Origin: Lama guanicoe
Taxonomy: Eukaryota
NCBI GenBank assembly: GCA_013239625.1
Contig: MU054187.1
Location: 23,126,795-23,190,794 of the forward strand
DNA length: 64,000 bases
Direction: 5' to 3'
The notes beneath the pieces are model-generated. The model was not told where the DNA came from. It searched no databases and saw only the letters and a program-made list of their open reading frames with translations. Shown here one piece after another: positions 1 through 14,739 of the stretch; position 1 is the first letter of the stretch, and each line of letters opens with the position of its first letter. The position numbers and the translations under genes were made by a program.

Positions 1-2549
1 CAAGCTCTATCCATTTAGAAATTTAAAGACTGTTGATTGTGGCCCCAAATGTTCTAGAATTCAAGTTCTATCTGTAGAACTCTTCCTCTTTTCAGCCCCA
101 CTACCATTGCATTAGCTCATTGCTCACCAAGGTTTCTCTAGTAATTACTCACGTGATTCTGATCTTCACTTTCTGTCTCCTCCAATCCAGTCTTGAGTTT
201 TGCTTTGGTTTTGTTTGTTTGTGTTTTTGTTCTTTTTGGATCATTTTGTGATGTTAATGAAACTTTCAGATATTTGCCGTAAGTAAATAAATGGAAAGTC
301 AGCTTAAGGGTATTAGAAGTCTTCACCATTTAATCCCAAAACTTTTTGTCTTTTCCATCACTTTCCTCCTCCGCCACCCAACATATACACTTTATGCTGC
401 AATCAAGAGTGGTTTAAATTTTTTTTGAATTCCCAATGCTCTTTTGCACTTCCATATATTTAAGAATACTCTTTTTTTACCTTGGATTCTTTTTCTCTTT
501 TCCTTCATATAAAGTCCTATAAAACTCATCTCAAAGGTCATTGTCTTATTTAACTCCTCTCTAACTGTTTCATGTAAAAATGAATCTCATCTCTCCCTTT
601 GTTCCATTAAAACTTGTTCATATTTATTATATTTCATCCACACTTGCTTTGGTTGTTTCTGATTTTTTTTTTTTTTTAGCAGATGAGCTTTCAAGGACTG
701 GGACAAGATCTATTTTATCTCTGCGTATCTGGCAACTGGATATTCATGATAAACCTTAAAACAGTACACTGGGTAACTATTGTATCTTTCATGCTAGTTT
801 CCAGGAACCAGTTTAGCAATATAGATTTCAGGATTTCGAATGTTTTGGAATTTTTAGGTCATTGTTTTTTGTTTTCTTTTTATTCAATTGAAAGAAAATT
901 GAAGTTGTCTCTATCCAGAAGTTATAAAATACAGACCTCTGATATTAAGTTTACTATATTGCTACAAGATGACAAATAATACATATGCTAATATTTCTAC
1001 TGGATTAAGATATGGCTTTTATTTTTGAATAATCTTATTTATCCTGGTAAATACTATGTATGAAGTCAGTAACTCTCACAGTGAGCTGGTTTTGCCTTTT
1101 CTTGCTGATGAAATCATGTCTCTCATTTAGCTTAGCTATTTTGGATAATGTGAATAGCATTTAAAAATTATTTTTTATGGCACTGTGAAACATATATTTT
1201 TGCAACAATACCCAACTTCTTAACTCTTTATTCCCATTCCATTGTGTTTCTCCTACTTTGTATCATTGTGAAAATGATACTTTTTAAATGATTGCTCGCC
1301 TTATAATTTTGCTGAGAAAATGTTCCATGGATATTGACTTCAAACTCCTTTCACCTGCATCTCTAGATCTTTCATAGAATGTTTACTGTTAAACATTGTC
1401 ATAACACATTTTAACTATGTCAAAATCAGCACAAAGTGTCCTTTGAAATTAGGCTGACCAAATGACTTTGAGTGGAAGATATTCTTCGTAAAGTCTTTCC
1501 CCAAAATAAACACATTTTCTCCTTGCCATTTTTCATTAGTGTGAAAATTGCATCATCAATCCAAGTGCTTGATGGTAGATGACATTTCTATGGCATTTGG
1601 GACACATCATGTGAATTATGGAATCATAATTTCTACTTCTTATAACATTCATTTACAGTTTAGAAAGAAAGCATGTCCTCAGTTTCAGAAGGTTTAGAAA
1701 ATTCTAAGAGTTTTTAGATTTTTGAAACTTTCTAGAAGACTTTCTAGGCTGAAACTGTAATTAGTTACATAGCAGCCCTTTTGCCTTCACTGATTCACTC
1801 AACGCATATTTACTGAGTAAGCTACTATGTGTTAGGAATTGAGTATGTGGGCGTAAAAGAAAAAAAAAATCTGTGATACCTAACCTAGACTAAAGAGGGG
1901 TTGTAGACGTTCCATGAGAAAACAAATACATTTGATAAATTTTAATTTAGCATCAAAAGTCCAATGGGGACTTAGTCTTACTAGAGATGCTTTCCATATG
2001 TTAAACTGATTTTATAACAAGGGCACATTTGAAAACAAATTCTAGCATGTAGGGGTTTTGCTTTAAAATTGGATCAGTTAAAAAATGTAAGTAATGGTTT
2101 CAAATTTCCCATTTAATATCAAATTAATTATTATGTAAATTAAAATAAAGCCCATTTATTTTAAAAATTTAAGAAAGTTTCCTGATATTTCTGTGTTTTT
2201 TCCAATAAGTCTTCAAACTTTTTTACCTACTTTAGTGCTGCAGACCTGAGCTGGAGGGGAATGGCCTTAAAACATTTCCTTCAAAAGAGCTGCTGACAGT
2301 GGCGGACTCCAGCTATCAGTTAATTGAATTCATATTATTGAGTGGTTACAGCTATGTGTTAGCTACCATGCTAAACAAGGGAAGTCATTTCTGTTACCAC
2401 TTAAGCTCTTCCTAGAGTTTTAAAGAACACATTAAGAGGTATTTATGAGTACCTGTAGGAAATCCACCAAGGATTCTCAGATTCTCAAAATTAAACAAGA
2501 AAGCCTGTATGACCCACAAACTAGATGGATGCCCTGATGAAAGATTCAT

Positions 2550-2613
2550 AATCAATCAATCAATCAATCACACATACACACACACATAGAAACACACACA
2601 CACACACACACAC
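2550..2613. repeat. Compound microsatellite (ATCA)n-(CA)n
   Basis: aatcaatcaatcaatcaatca followed by an interrupted CA run. Confidence 0.9.
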
Positions 2614-4441
2614 TTGTGGATGCTGGTCTGGAATCAGCATTTATAGAAATAAAAAGCCAAGGGTAGAAAGAGAAGGACACTCTGATAGAACAACAAATAT
2701 TAGGAATCATCAAGCCTGATGGTGGGAAGAGGAGAAAAGAAATTATACTGTTGTAAACTCAAGGAATGAGAAACACAATGGTCCCGCATTTCAATCACGT
2801 TACATGTTTACACAATCTTCTTGAAGACAGAGTTTGGATTTTCTTTGCTTCATGTGAATTTGTGAGTCCTAATTGTAATATACATAAAAAAGAAAGAGAC
2901 AATTCCATTGTATGTATTTGCATCTGTAGGAATATCTTTCAGAATTGATGCATTTCTAGGGAAGGGTTAAGACCATGAAAAGAAAAAAACCTAGTGGTTT
3001 GTGGGCAGCAAGTTATATTTATTAAGCTTTGGATTTGTTTTATGTGGTGGCTTTGCCTGAGTTTTTAGTGGCTAGCTAATAACATGAAAACAGAATATAT
3101 TGGGAGAGCCAAAAATTGCTCAATTCTACAGCCAACAAATGCTATATTTGTGCCAAAAGATACGACTTTTTTACATCATACATTATAAAAGTATGATATC
3201 ATTTAAAATAGATAGTGTGGCAAAAAAGAGAATGACTAATAACATATCTTGCTGGGACATACAAAGAATATCTTTTTCACTAATGGCAGTTTGTGCTTTA
3301 AAAAGAGTAAACCGTCTATTATTTTTTATCACTAAAAATCAGTCACAGAAAGAAACAAATTAATTTTCTATCTACATCTGCATTTTTCATTATAGTCATG
3401 GAACATATACTTTTTAACCGCTTGATTTCATTCAATGCCTGCAAAATGCCTTAGAATCACTTTTATGAGTTTTTTTTTTCTACAAAGCTTGACTGTATTT
3501 GAGGGTGGGTGCATGTGATGAACAGTCATAGTAGGAGGTATGGACAGAAAACAAAAGGAACCTTACTCTTTGTTTTAATCAATAAATTTGATTTCATGAA
3601 AGTCACGCTAGTAATTCAAGCCTTATCATGCAGAGATGATGGCTCATGCCCACTTTTTATCTTCCAATATGTCACTTTTGTCTAGGGGTGTCCTGGACAT
3701 TCTCTGTTTGGTGTTTAGAACCTTTACAACCCATTTACAATTTCCTCAGTATTAGGGGCTAAATGTAGTATTTCCAAGAATCTTTGCCTTTGTAGTTGCA
3801 CGTATAGCTTAGGCTGCACCAATAAGATGCATTCACAGGAGATGTGGCAGGCAGAGAAGGAGCAGAGCCCACTTCTTTCCAAGGCCATAGGCTGACAGTG
3901 GAAAAGCTCTGATGTGTCACATGTCTAACGCTTCTGCAATAAATCTGAAGCTGGTGGCAAACCTGACTTTCACAACTTTGAATCCTCTGGTCTTTGCAAT
4001 CATTTTCAAAATATTTAATTGCTTGCATAATATCCCTTTCTTTGCTAAAATCAGAGATAAATTCTGTTTTACAAGTTGAACCAAGATTGATAGATGTTGT
4101 TATAATTTTACATAAAATTAAAGGAAGTCTTTGTAGTGTAGAAAGTAGCCAGTCCTTTGACCTGGAATCTGAAACTCATTTATGAATTAAGGTCTGGGTG
4201 AGAGTTGAAAAATCACAAATAATTTCTAACATATTAAAAATATCTTAATGAATATGTTAAAAATTATCATCAGCTTTTTTATCAGTTCTTGATTTTGTGT
4301 TACTGTTACTAAAATTTGTGATGATTTCTCATTTTAGGAGGTCACATCATAAGCTACTTATCACAAGTTATTTTTTAAAATTTTTAAAATAAAAAGTAAA
4401 ACTAAAGTATATCTTACTATTAAAACATTTTATGCTTTCTT

Positions 4442-4674
4442 TTTTTATTTATTTATTTATTTGTTTATTTTTTTACATTTTTTATTGATTCATAATCATT
4501 TTACAGTGTTGTGTCAAACTCCAGTGTTCAGCACAATCTTTCAGTCATTCATGGACATATACACACTCATTGTCACATTTTTTTCTCTGTGATTTATCAT
4601 AACATTTTGTGTATATTTCCCTGTGCTATACAGTGTAATCTTGTTTATCTATTCTACAATTTTGAAATCCCAGG
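4442..4674 (-). mobile_element. 5'-truncated young L1 (3'UTR + A-rich tail)
   Basis: T-rich (ttta)n tail, then L1 3'UTR-like 'ttccctgtgctatacag'. Perfect TSD tatgctttctt at 4431-4441 and 4675-4685; endonuclease-like site TCTT/AA. Confidence 0.9.
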
Positions 4675-5189
4675 TATGCTTTCTTAATATTATCTGTGTT
4701 TTGTTTTTAAATAAGTGACTGAGAGCAAACAATTATAATATATTCAATTATAGTGAATACAAAGTTTAGTTCTCACATCTTTGCACTCTCTGGCATTTAA
4801 CTAATATGAAAACTGACTGTTATGCTAGAATAAGTTACTTGCATCATTAATATAAATAGAATAGCTCTACTTGGAATGGATGTGAAACATGTGAAAAGAA
4901 TAAAGAATACTAAATGAAGAATAGAACACATTTAGAGTACAAAAAATAAATGTTCCTGTACAAAAAGGCAACAATCTAAGAAGTATAAATGAGCTTACTA
5001 ACTTATCTCATGTCAGAAGAATCATTACATAAAAAAACTTCCAAATATACTGTCGTATTTACTAAAGAAAATGTGTAAATTGCATCTACCCTAAAAGAGT
5101 GAAGTTGTAGCCCATAATCAGTGAGAAGGATGATCTTTCAGAGACTAAAGAAAGAACTTTAAATTTGGGAGCAATTTTTAAATGACAAC

Positions 5190-5552
5190 TGTCTTATCTC
5201 AGACTACAATAACAAAATACCAGGCTAGGTGACTTAAACAGCACACATTATTTTCTGATAGTTCTGGAGGCTGGGAAGTCCAAGATCAAGGTGCCAGCAG
5301 ATTCGATTCTAGGTGAGGACTTTTCTCCTGGCTGGCAGAATGCCACCTGCTCAGTGTGTCCTCAAAAGGTGGACAGAGGGCAAGCTCCAGTCTTTCCCTT
5401 CTGTTCCTAAGGACATGAACCCCATTTTAGGGCTCAGCCTTGGCTAAACCTAATGACCTCCTGAAGGCCCCACTTCTAAATACCATCACCGTGGGAGTTA
5501 GGGCTTCAACATAGAAATCTGCAGAAGATGAAAACGTTAGTTCAGAACAACA
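5190..5552 (-). mobile_element. MaLR solo LTR, MLT1A-like
   Basis: Hallmark 'gttctggaggctgggaagtccaagatcaaggtgccagcagattcg...gttagggcttcaacata'. Confidence 0.85.
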
Positions 5553-6587
5553 TTTCTATTTGTAAAATGGGTACTAAGTCCAGCAATATTTTTAGTACCA
5601 TAAAACGGACAACAGAATGTATATTTACATACAAAGGATGCTCTATCAAAGTTTCTTCAATGATCACGCAAGATGAAGAGGCTGGTAAAGAATATAAACA
5701 TATGTCTAATACATAGACAGACAGCTGGAGAAACTCATAAAGCCCAGAGAACTGGTGCATTTGAAAATGAACCATGGATAAGAAAGTTATTTCAAAAGGA
5801 ATATGGGGAATGGGGCCAGTTACAATGTCACTGTTTAGCATGACTCCAGTCACACTGTATTTCTTCTCCATCTGATTGTAGAAATCTCTTACATCGTAAG
5901 ATCAACAAATTGTACCATAAAAGAACAAAGTCAAGTTTTGGTAGTCTTCTAGAGAAGGTTTCACGTCTGGTGTTTTGCAAGGGAAATGCTCTAGTCATTA
6001 TTTTCCATAACTTCTTCCATGTCTCTTTACTTCATTGTCCTTTCACTTCTAAACACACATACAAATGATTAAAAATGCATATGTTTAATTACTTATTTGT
6101 TTTCAGAAAGCTGCTCTAGTCCACTTTAGTATTTTGTCATTTCTTTTCCTTTTGCCTATATTCCCTTAGTAGGAGATTTTGAGTTGATTTGGAGATGTTC
6201 TTTTTTGGCCATGGTAGACTATTATCTTAATATTCAGTTACATTTAATTTATTTTCATATGTAGGATTGATTTATAACTTACGATTGGGTGCTCTTTCAC
6301 ATGTTCTGGTATCAAGATGCTGTTCATACTAGAAAATGCATATGAATATTTAAATATTTTATCTGTCTTCTAGATCTTAACCTAGGATTTTTGGAGGTTT
6401 CTTATAAAAGTGATTTTCACACTATCAGTCTGCTATATGTTAATGGAAACAGAATGACTTTTTTTTTAGTAACAATAGAGAAAATCTGAGAACAACTCCT
6501 TAGTACCTATTGAGAATTTTTGACTAATTATAGTTCCTGTGTCTTTTTTATATTAGTAGTTTAAACAAAATAGGTGTGGTTAAGAAC

Positions 6588-7095
6588 TGTGAAAGATCTG
6601 GAGGTTTCACCATGTTTGTAAGCTAACAAGGTAGTTGTCTTCTACAGTTTCATGGATGCTAAAAGGAGACACAAGACTCTTGGGTCAGAGACACAGGACT
6701 TCATTATTCAAGGCACAGCAGGCAGAATGAACTTCATGTTTGCATCAGTTCCCAATGCCCCTAAAGTCCCATGGGAATCAGGTAGGGCAGCCTAGGTAGG
6801 TGTTTATATCCAGTGGATCATGTCACAGCTGAGGGACCCTGAGCTTGGAAAATTCCCATCCATCAAAGAGTTGCTGGCAGACCGGCCCCATCTTTGCCTC
6901 AGAGGCAAACAACATCTTTATTATTTGGAAAGCAAACCTATCTGCCTTTTGCCCTCCTGAGAGACACCATCTCTGTCGCCCATAGCCATTCATTATGTAA
7001 AACATCCTTAAAACACTTCCTGTTCTGTTGACTCAGAAGCAGCTCAAGAGCTCAGAAGACGGGAAGAAATACCCTTGGAGAACTATCTTCCAACA
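6588..7095 (-). mobile_element. ERVL-class solo LTR (MER54/MER74-like)
   Basis: TG...CA ends; 'gctaacaag...cagtttcatggatgct...gggtcagagacacaggact' motif. Subfamily uncertain. Confidence 0.65.
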
Positions 7096-7777
7096 GGTTT
7101 TTCATCACTTTGCTTCCAAATGTATCTTAAATTTTGACTCCAGTATATAATCTACCCTTTCCTCATACCCTTTATATCCCACATTTACATTTAATTTTTT
7201 GCTTTTTCCCTCTCTATCTCATGATTAAATACCATCTAATTTTGCTTGTTTCATGAAGAACATAATCCTAGATAAAAATGCTCATCATGTTAGCAAGTGT
7301 CATCTTTGTGTGTATATCCTCTCTGTGCATGAGACTTTTCTTCTCATTTTAGAAAGTATACCTTTACCTCTAAAACATTGTTTTGCTTTTATCTTATGGT
7401 ATTTTAAATTAACAAGATGATTGAGTTTCCCTGCATTATTAACCAATAAAAATCTTAAAACCAATTTTCTGGCCCACCTACAGGAAGTTGAGTGCCTTTA
7501 TGTAATGCTTTTAAATATTCATGTACAACTTCACTTTAACCTTAACCCTTGGTTTCCTTTCCTTTTCCTCCAACATTAATAAGCACTAGCATCTTGTTTT
7601 AGTGCACTATAACCAAATAATGCAGCATGCAAAAAGTCCTCCAAACACTGAACTAGGTAGTAGGGATAGGATGATGAACTAGAAAAACAGAGTCTTTGCC
7701 CTTGCAAAGCTTGCAAAATTAGGTATATCCATTACCATGCTTTATAATTGCAATTTCACAATATTTTGTGATTATAA

Positions 7778-8080
7778 TTTTCTATTGACAAATAGTTGAT
7801 TTACAATATAGTGTTAGTTTCAGGTGTACAGCAAAGGGATTCAGTTATACATTTTTTTCAGATTATCTTCCATGATAGGTTATTACAAGAAATTAAATAT
7901 AGTTCCTTATGCTACACAGTGAATCCTCGTTGTTTATCTATTTTATGTATTGTAGTTTGTTAATCCCCTGATTGATCCCTCCTTTTCCCCTTTGGTAACC
8001 ATAGTTTGCTTTCTATGTCTCTAAGTGTTTGTTTTGTATATATTTTCATTTGTATTATTTTCAGATTCAACACATGTAAG
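7778..8080 (-). mobile_element. L1 3' end fragment
   Basis: 'tagttgatttacaatatagtgttagtttcaggtgtacagcaaag...cccctttggtaaccatagtttg', typical of a cetartiodactyl L1 3'UTR. Confidence 0.85.
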
Positions 8081-8873
8081 TCAGGTTATTTTTTATTATT
8101 TATTTTTAATATCTTCTTCCTCATGGACTATAACTCCAAAAGAACTTTGACTATATTTTTTATTAATACTCCTACTCACATGTTGTAAAAATGTAATTCT
8201 CCTACCCTGTAACTCATAAAAATAGAACTTCTCTCTATTTTAAACTATTTAATTATTAGTGCCTCAAGAAAAGTGGCCTTGTTGCATCAGCTTTTTACAG
8301 TGTACTTTTATTTATTTGTCAAGCTTTTCTCACTTTTCCTAAAAGGGAGTCAGAATTTCTTTGAGGCTGAAACATATGTCGGAGCAAATTATTACACATA
8401 TAAAAATATAGCCCCTCAACAAATCAGTTCTTCAAGATTAAGTTAAGTATCTTTTCTTTCCCTAAATTCATTGTGACTTCTCAACTCACTTGGAGTATTT
8501 CTAAGAGATATTTATTTATCATTTATTGGCTGGAAGCCAGATGTATGTTTTTAAAAAAATATATAATATAATTTACCCATTTAAAAGCTTTGGCTTTCTT
8601 TTTTCCTTTAATATATTTTATCACAAGCACAGAGTTCAAGATTGTTCTTATCAAGCCCTATACAATCTTCTGGAATCGAGACACATCTTCTGTAACTATT
8701 CTATATGTAACCTGTACTCTAACCACTAAAAGGCATTTTTACTTTCTAAATTTTATATAAATTTTATACTTTTATATCTTTGTCCAGCCCTCTCCATTGG
8801 TCCCAGTCAAATAATTAACAGCTAGAAAAGATGACAGGGAAAGGAAATTATCCAAATTAGTATAATTAAGAAC

Positions 8874-9376
8874 TACTACAGAGTGAAAGAAAGCTCATAC
8901 TGCTCACTGCATGACAGGCCAGTAAATTGAAAGACAAGGTGTTGGGGCAAGGAATAGTGACGTTATTTGGAAAGCCAGCAGACAGAGAAGAAGGTGGACT
9001 AATGTCCTAAAGAACCATCCTACCCAAATTGGAAATCAAGCTTTTATACTAAAAAGGGAAGGGTGCAGTTGGTTGTTGCAAACTTCTTAGTGTTGAAATT
9101 CCTTGTTCTTGTGTGTAGTTCTGGTCATAATGTCCTATAAACCTCCAACAATAAGATTATTGTTTTCTCTTCTGAATGGAAACATGTTATACCTCTAAAG
9201 GTCAAGCCTGGGATGCAGAGCATTGAGAAAGTGCTGTTATGTATATTTCAGGCCATAGGCAACATTCTTTTACAAAGGTGCAGAGCCAGCATGACTAAGC
9301 ACAGGCAACAGAGCACAAAATGTAGAGCTGAAAGGATAGATCCAATATGGAGTCGGGTTTGTGGCTCTCTGTTACA
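8874..9376 (-). mobile_element. ERV1-class solo LTR
   Basis: 4-bp TSD GAAC at 8870-8873 and 9377-9380; right end tgttaca; TATA-like 'cttttatac' read on the minus strand. Confidence 0.8.
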
Positions 9377-10547
9377 GAACTGTAACAGACATAACATTGA
9401 ATGACATAAAGAATTAGTGAATTGCACATAGATAGCCCTTGTAAATAGGTTAAGGGAATATAAATAAAATTTAGATTCACATTTAAATTCACAGAATAGG
9501 AGGATCCAAAGAACACTGAATTCCCTGAACTGTTTGGAAACAAAAGAACTAAAGCAATAATGAGAGAGAAAGATTGAAACAATCTAACAGTTATTAAAGT
9601 TTTAAAAAAGTTATTCCCAAGAGCTATTATGAAAGTAGTAATTTGAAATTGGGCACAAAGCCATGAGTCTGGGGCAAGATATCCTTGTTCATTACAGGAA
9701 TTCACTATCAAGTTCACAGAATTGCTACTACATAAGTTACAAAGTTGGAGAAAATGCAGGAGTTTTTGTCTTAAAAAGAGAAAGAAGTGACTGGCTGTGG
9801 CTGCCTTCATATAGATGTTAGTCCCAAGCAATTTAACTCAGCAAATGCTAATGCAAATCAAAAGAATATAGTTATTATGATCACCATATACTAGTTGGGA
9901 ATGCTTTTAGTCATAGTATATTTCTTGAATAAGTATAATGCTAAAGAACTAAGATGGGAGAATGATACTTATATTACTTTCATGATTTAGTAAGTATAGA
10001 ATTGTATCAATTTTTCTGTCAATTTATCTTGGAAAATATCCCCAAATATGTTAAGTCACTATCTCTAGTAGTGAAAATTAAAGCTATCTTTTTTTAAAGA
10101 TGAAGTATGATGACAAAGATGCATAATAGTGTATTTCAAGCATGAACTAATGGGCTAACTAATTGATTAAAGTGTTAATTTTAATCATGATCTTCATGAT
10201 TAGAAAAGAAAATAATAATTGATTGAAAGATGAATGTGACATAAATTTAGAGCATGTTTCGAGAAGGAGTCAAAGTAAAAATTCAAACAGTATCTCATTG
10301 TACTAAGCTTTGTGTACCTAGACGAGAGCCTTAGCACAATACCTGTTAATTTAATAAGTGATTAAAAGTACTTCTATAAATGTTAGCCGAATTTAAGACT
10401 CGTATCCACACCCTTAACATTTATAAGCTATTTATTTGGAGTTTGTACATTGAGTGCTTATTTTTGTGGAATAAATGAGTTCCTGGCTGATAATAAGCAC
10501 TGCTAAGTTTATGTTCATTCATTTTTCTTTTCTTTTAATTTCTTGTC

Positions 10548-10580
<33 letters not shown>

Positions 10581-13500
10581 GCATCCAACTAAAAGTATTT
10601 ATAGCAATTTTAAAAGGAGAAAGGAGAAATTTTTGCAAAAGTGGATATTCACAGAGATTTCCCAGTGTAATTCTTTATTGCTATACTCCCTAATATGGTA
10701 TCCTCCCCATCCTATGATGTTACAATATATGCAGGAGACTGTATGTAACTAGAAAACCAGGAGAAAAATTAACATCCAGAGTTCTAGCAGAGTTTGCCTC
10801 ACTCAGTTTATTAATGTATATATCTTAAAAAACAATCCACTTGTTATGAAGTTTGTAAAACATGACCTAATTTTGATTTTTAAATGGAGCACTGTTACGT
10901 CTTCAAAATAAAGTCTTCATCACAGGTACACTGAATTACAGATTTAAAATAAATTGGGATATTAAGTTGCTTTGATGGCAGGGCAAGCACCTATAAAAGA
11001 ATTTATATTTTACTGGAATCGTATTCTTTGCATCCCCTCCTATAGTTCTGTTTAAACAGATGTACCACAGATGTGAAAACATCTGGCAGCTCAACACAAT
11101 TCTGTCATGACCATATTCATGTTAGAATTGTGCATTTTTTGACATCTAATTGTTAAGCAAGTATCCTTCCCTGGAAGATGTTTGGTCCATTGCATTAAAT
11201 GATATATTTCCACTTGCTTCTCCTTTCTTTCTAATAAGTATTTTCACATGTGCTCACTAGAAATATTTCAGTGCCCATGGCTACTTTTTATTTGTATTAG
11301 AAATGTACATGTAATTCTTATTGGCCTTTAAGTAATCACCTACTCAAGTGTTAGGAATAAGTTGAAATAAAATCAGTAGATTTTAATTTTGCTTTTTTTT
11401 CTCCAAAGAGTTTTGTGAATCTATTCAAATTATAAGAAAACTGTTTCATCTGTGTATCAATTCATCAAATTCTTGAGTCTTCTTTCTTTATTTAGATTGC
11501 ATACATCAAGGAGATGAATGAAACTTATTTTAGCATTGTACATAACAACTGAAAAGCCTACATTTGGCTTCTTTTATTAGCATAACATAGAGGGCTGTGT
11601 ATATTTATAATGTATGCTGTAAGTGTGTGTGTATTTGTAATATTAGGGAATTTTGGAAGAGGAGGGGATACAAAATGAAGAATAACAAGATTAGAGATTT
11701 TGAAATTTTATTTTTATAGTACACGTTTATAAGCCTAGAATAAAAAGTTGCAATTTTTTCTTTAAACTTTCTCTCTGTTCTTATGAGCCAGGAAACATTT
11801 ATGAGACTCAAGACAAGGTTTTACAAAGTTCAGTGTCTGAATATCTATAACATTTACCCCAAATCAGAGCAAATTAATAAGATTTACAGCACTTCGCAGA
11901 CTGTTAGTAAATCCTGAGGGAAAAAGCAGACTGTGCCATTTCGTTCAGTGCTGGGAATTAGGGTAATATGTGGTGACAATAAGAGACTTTTCACTCCTGA
12001 AGACACTGAGTCTGTGTGACCCCAGCGATCATCATGCCCCGTGGGATGCTGTAAATCCCATCTAATATTTATCAAGATGTGCGATGCAATGAAAACAGCC
12101 TGAAATCATACACCACACAAACAACTTCAGCCTGGAATAGGACAGCAAAATGAGGAAATAAAATGATAATCTAGGTTCGTGTGCTCCATTTCTTTATGTT
12201 CATCAGCTGTTTGTTTATTTTTTCTAACTACTTTAGAATTTCTTGTCAAAGTAAATTTATTTTCAAAGGCATTATGAAATACCAGAACTGCAAGATTCTG
12301 TTTGCTTGTTCGCTTGCTGTCCTTTAAAACATGCATTTTTCCTGAAAAGCCTACATTTGTTTGTATTTAAAATCAACCACCCGTCCACATTTTAATCAGG
12401 TTATGGTAATCCTAAATATTAACTCTGGCTCAGAAGTTGATGACCACCCCACACCTACTTGGAGGACGAACAAACATAAAACATGAGCTTACACAGTATC
12501 ACCCCAGGACAAAAGCACCATGAGGGAAGGTTTGGAGTTTTGAATGTTCTAGTCTCCTTAAATTTTCCATTACAGATATTCATCAAAAACAGATTTTTTT
12601 TTTTTTCACAAAACCAGGTGACTGTTACAGTGTTGCAGTAAAGAATCCAGAAATTCTCACACAAGAGGCTGCATGCCAATCAGCCCACAATGGGCTTCTA
12701 ATTCCTTCACCACAGAGGCCAAGTCTACTTCCAAGTTTCCAGCCAGGATGTTTGCAATGCGCCCCCTCCTTTGACAGCTGATAAATGCCATAGTGGTTAC
12801 AATAGCATATGCTGGGAGTACTCAGGTGTCTTCACACAGTGGTAGGTCCATTTCTAATAACAGACAACGTGAGAGAGAGGCTGACATAATATTTATAAGA
12901 ACTCCTTAATCTCTAATGCCTTGTAAATGTTTACAGTTCAACGTGGGGAATCTGGCTGCTTATCAAATGTATTTCCTCACCTCTGAGTTTAAGCATCAGA
13001 TTATATGTTAGTATTTTTATTCCCTCTCACTATCCATATTTATGTCTCTGTCTCAGGTCTGAACTGATCTCTCTTTTCCACAAATATTTACTGTACACTT
13101 TTTTTCAAGGTATATTTAACTTATTCCTGCCTATCTGTGGCAAGCAAGAATTTCCAACCTTTGGGCCTGTCTATGTGTCAAAAATGCTCTGAACTGGCTC
13201 AACCCAACATTGGCATGGTTTTCAAGTTATTAAACCATATGAAAAGATGCCTTGTTGAAACCCCAAGGCAATTTACTTCCTAAAGGGTAGTTTTCCATTG
13301 GGTCTATTTAATTTTGACTATGACCTCTGTGTGCAGAAACGGTCCTTTGGTTTTGTCCTTCTCATACGTTATAAGAGATAAATAAAGGGAGAACTATCTT
13401 ATCCCAATTGTTTAATTAAAAATCAGCCAAGGAAAGATTGAAAACGAGTAAATGATGCTGAAGAAAACATCAAAAATTGTGTGATATTGGGCTGATCACA

Positions 13501-14250
13501 AGCTTAGTTTTGAGGGAGTGGGGCGGGTGAAGTTCTTTCTTTTTTGTAAAAAGAAAAGAATTCAATGATTGTTTTTATGGTTTCTCCCAGTCCTGATATT
13601 TACTAATGTCTGGTCCAACATTTTTGAGTCTTCTGGCTTTCTGTGCTCTCATGATCATGCCCATCTTGAAACCTGATGCCACGTTTTATTATTTCTTTAG
13701 AAGTCATCTTGCTGTCACCAACTCCCTTCCCTTCAACTACACCAGAGAGAACTCTGATAATAAAAAAGAGAAGAAATTGCTGGTCCATCATTCTATTTTC
13801 TAAACTGAGGATACTATATAAGGAATACATCCTTTGATAACTCTTTCTGGAGCTACAAACATTACAAAATCTACCAAATGAAAATAAGCAAACTGTGCAT
13901 TGATTTTGGCAACCAAGTCTGATTAAAACAGCCACAGAAAGCAAAAGTCCGATAGACTAAAATTAAGAACTATTGTAGATCCTTCTAATTTGTGTTTATT
14001 TTGATTAATATTAGCATGAAAACTAGTGAATGATTAGTGTCATTTGGTTAATGAAACTTGTTTTATTTTAAATTTGGAGGCACAGGAAGAGGTACACCTT
14101 CTTCCCTTGGTTTGCTCACTTGTATACTACAATCTAAGATTTGTCAGTTCAGAATTTCCCTATAATAATGACCTCCTGGCCACCACTTAATTATTAAGAT
14201 TCGCTATTTGTATTCTAAGCAAATCACCAAGCTGCTTTACTTTCTAAAAG

Positions 14251-14734
14251 TTTTTTTTTTTTTACCATTTATTTTGATACTTGAACAGCATCTCTGCCAC
14301 TGGCAATGTAGGTAATAAAAATTAAATAGTCACATTATGACATTTAAGATAAACATGCAATTAAAAAAATTAACTTTTTCTTGAAGAGAGAACAATTAAG
14401 ATCTAATCTCTTAACAACTTTGTAGTTCATAATAGTTGTCCCTCAGTATCCAGGGAGAGTTGGTTCTAGGGCTCCCTTGGATAACAAAATTTAATGTTGT
14501 TTATATCCCTTATATAAAATGATGTAGGAGGGGGGAAGGGTGGGCAGGAATAAATTAGGGGTTGGAAATTAACAGACACACACAGGGAACTGTATTCAGT
14601 TTCTTGTAATAAAATATAATGGAAAAGAATCTGAAAAGAAAACAATATATAGCATGTACATGTATAACTGAATCTTTTTGCTGTACACTTGAAACTAACA
14701 TTGTAAATCAACTACTCTTTACCAAAAAGCTTTT
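14251..14734 (+). repeat. Copy 1 of duplicated block (copy 2 at 15456-15860)
   Basis: Near-identical sequence from 'tttaccatttattttgatacttgaacagc' to 'ctctttaccaaaaagctttt'. Confidence 0.95.
14527..14728 (+). mobile_element. L1 3' end fragment inserted into the MER2-like element
   Basis: 'taaattaggggttggaaattaacaga...gctgtacacttgaaactaacattgtaaatcaacta'; TSD-like aaaatgatgt (14516) and aaaatggtgt (15862). Confidence 0.75.
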
Positions 14735-14739
14735 CTTTT

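Noticed and set aside
9295..9831. 178-aa minus-strand ORF
   Set aside because: Low-complexity L/F/S composition from AT-rich DNA, non-ATG start, and overlap with an LTR end.
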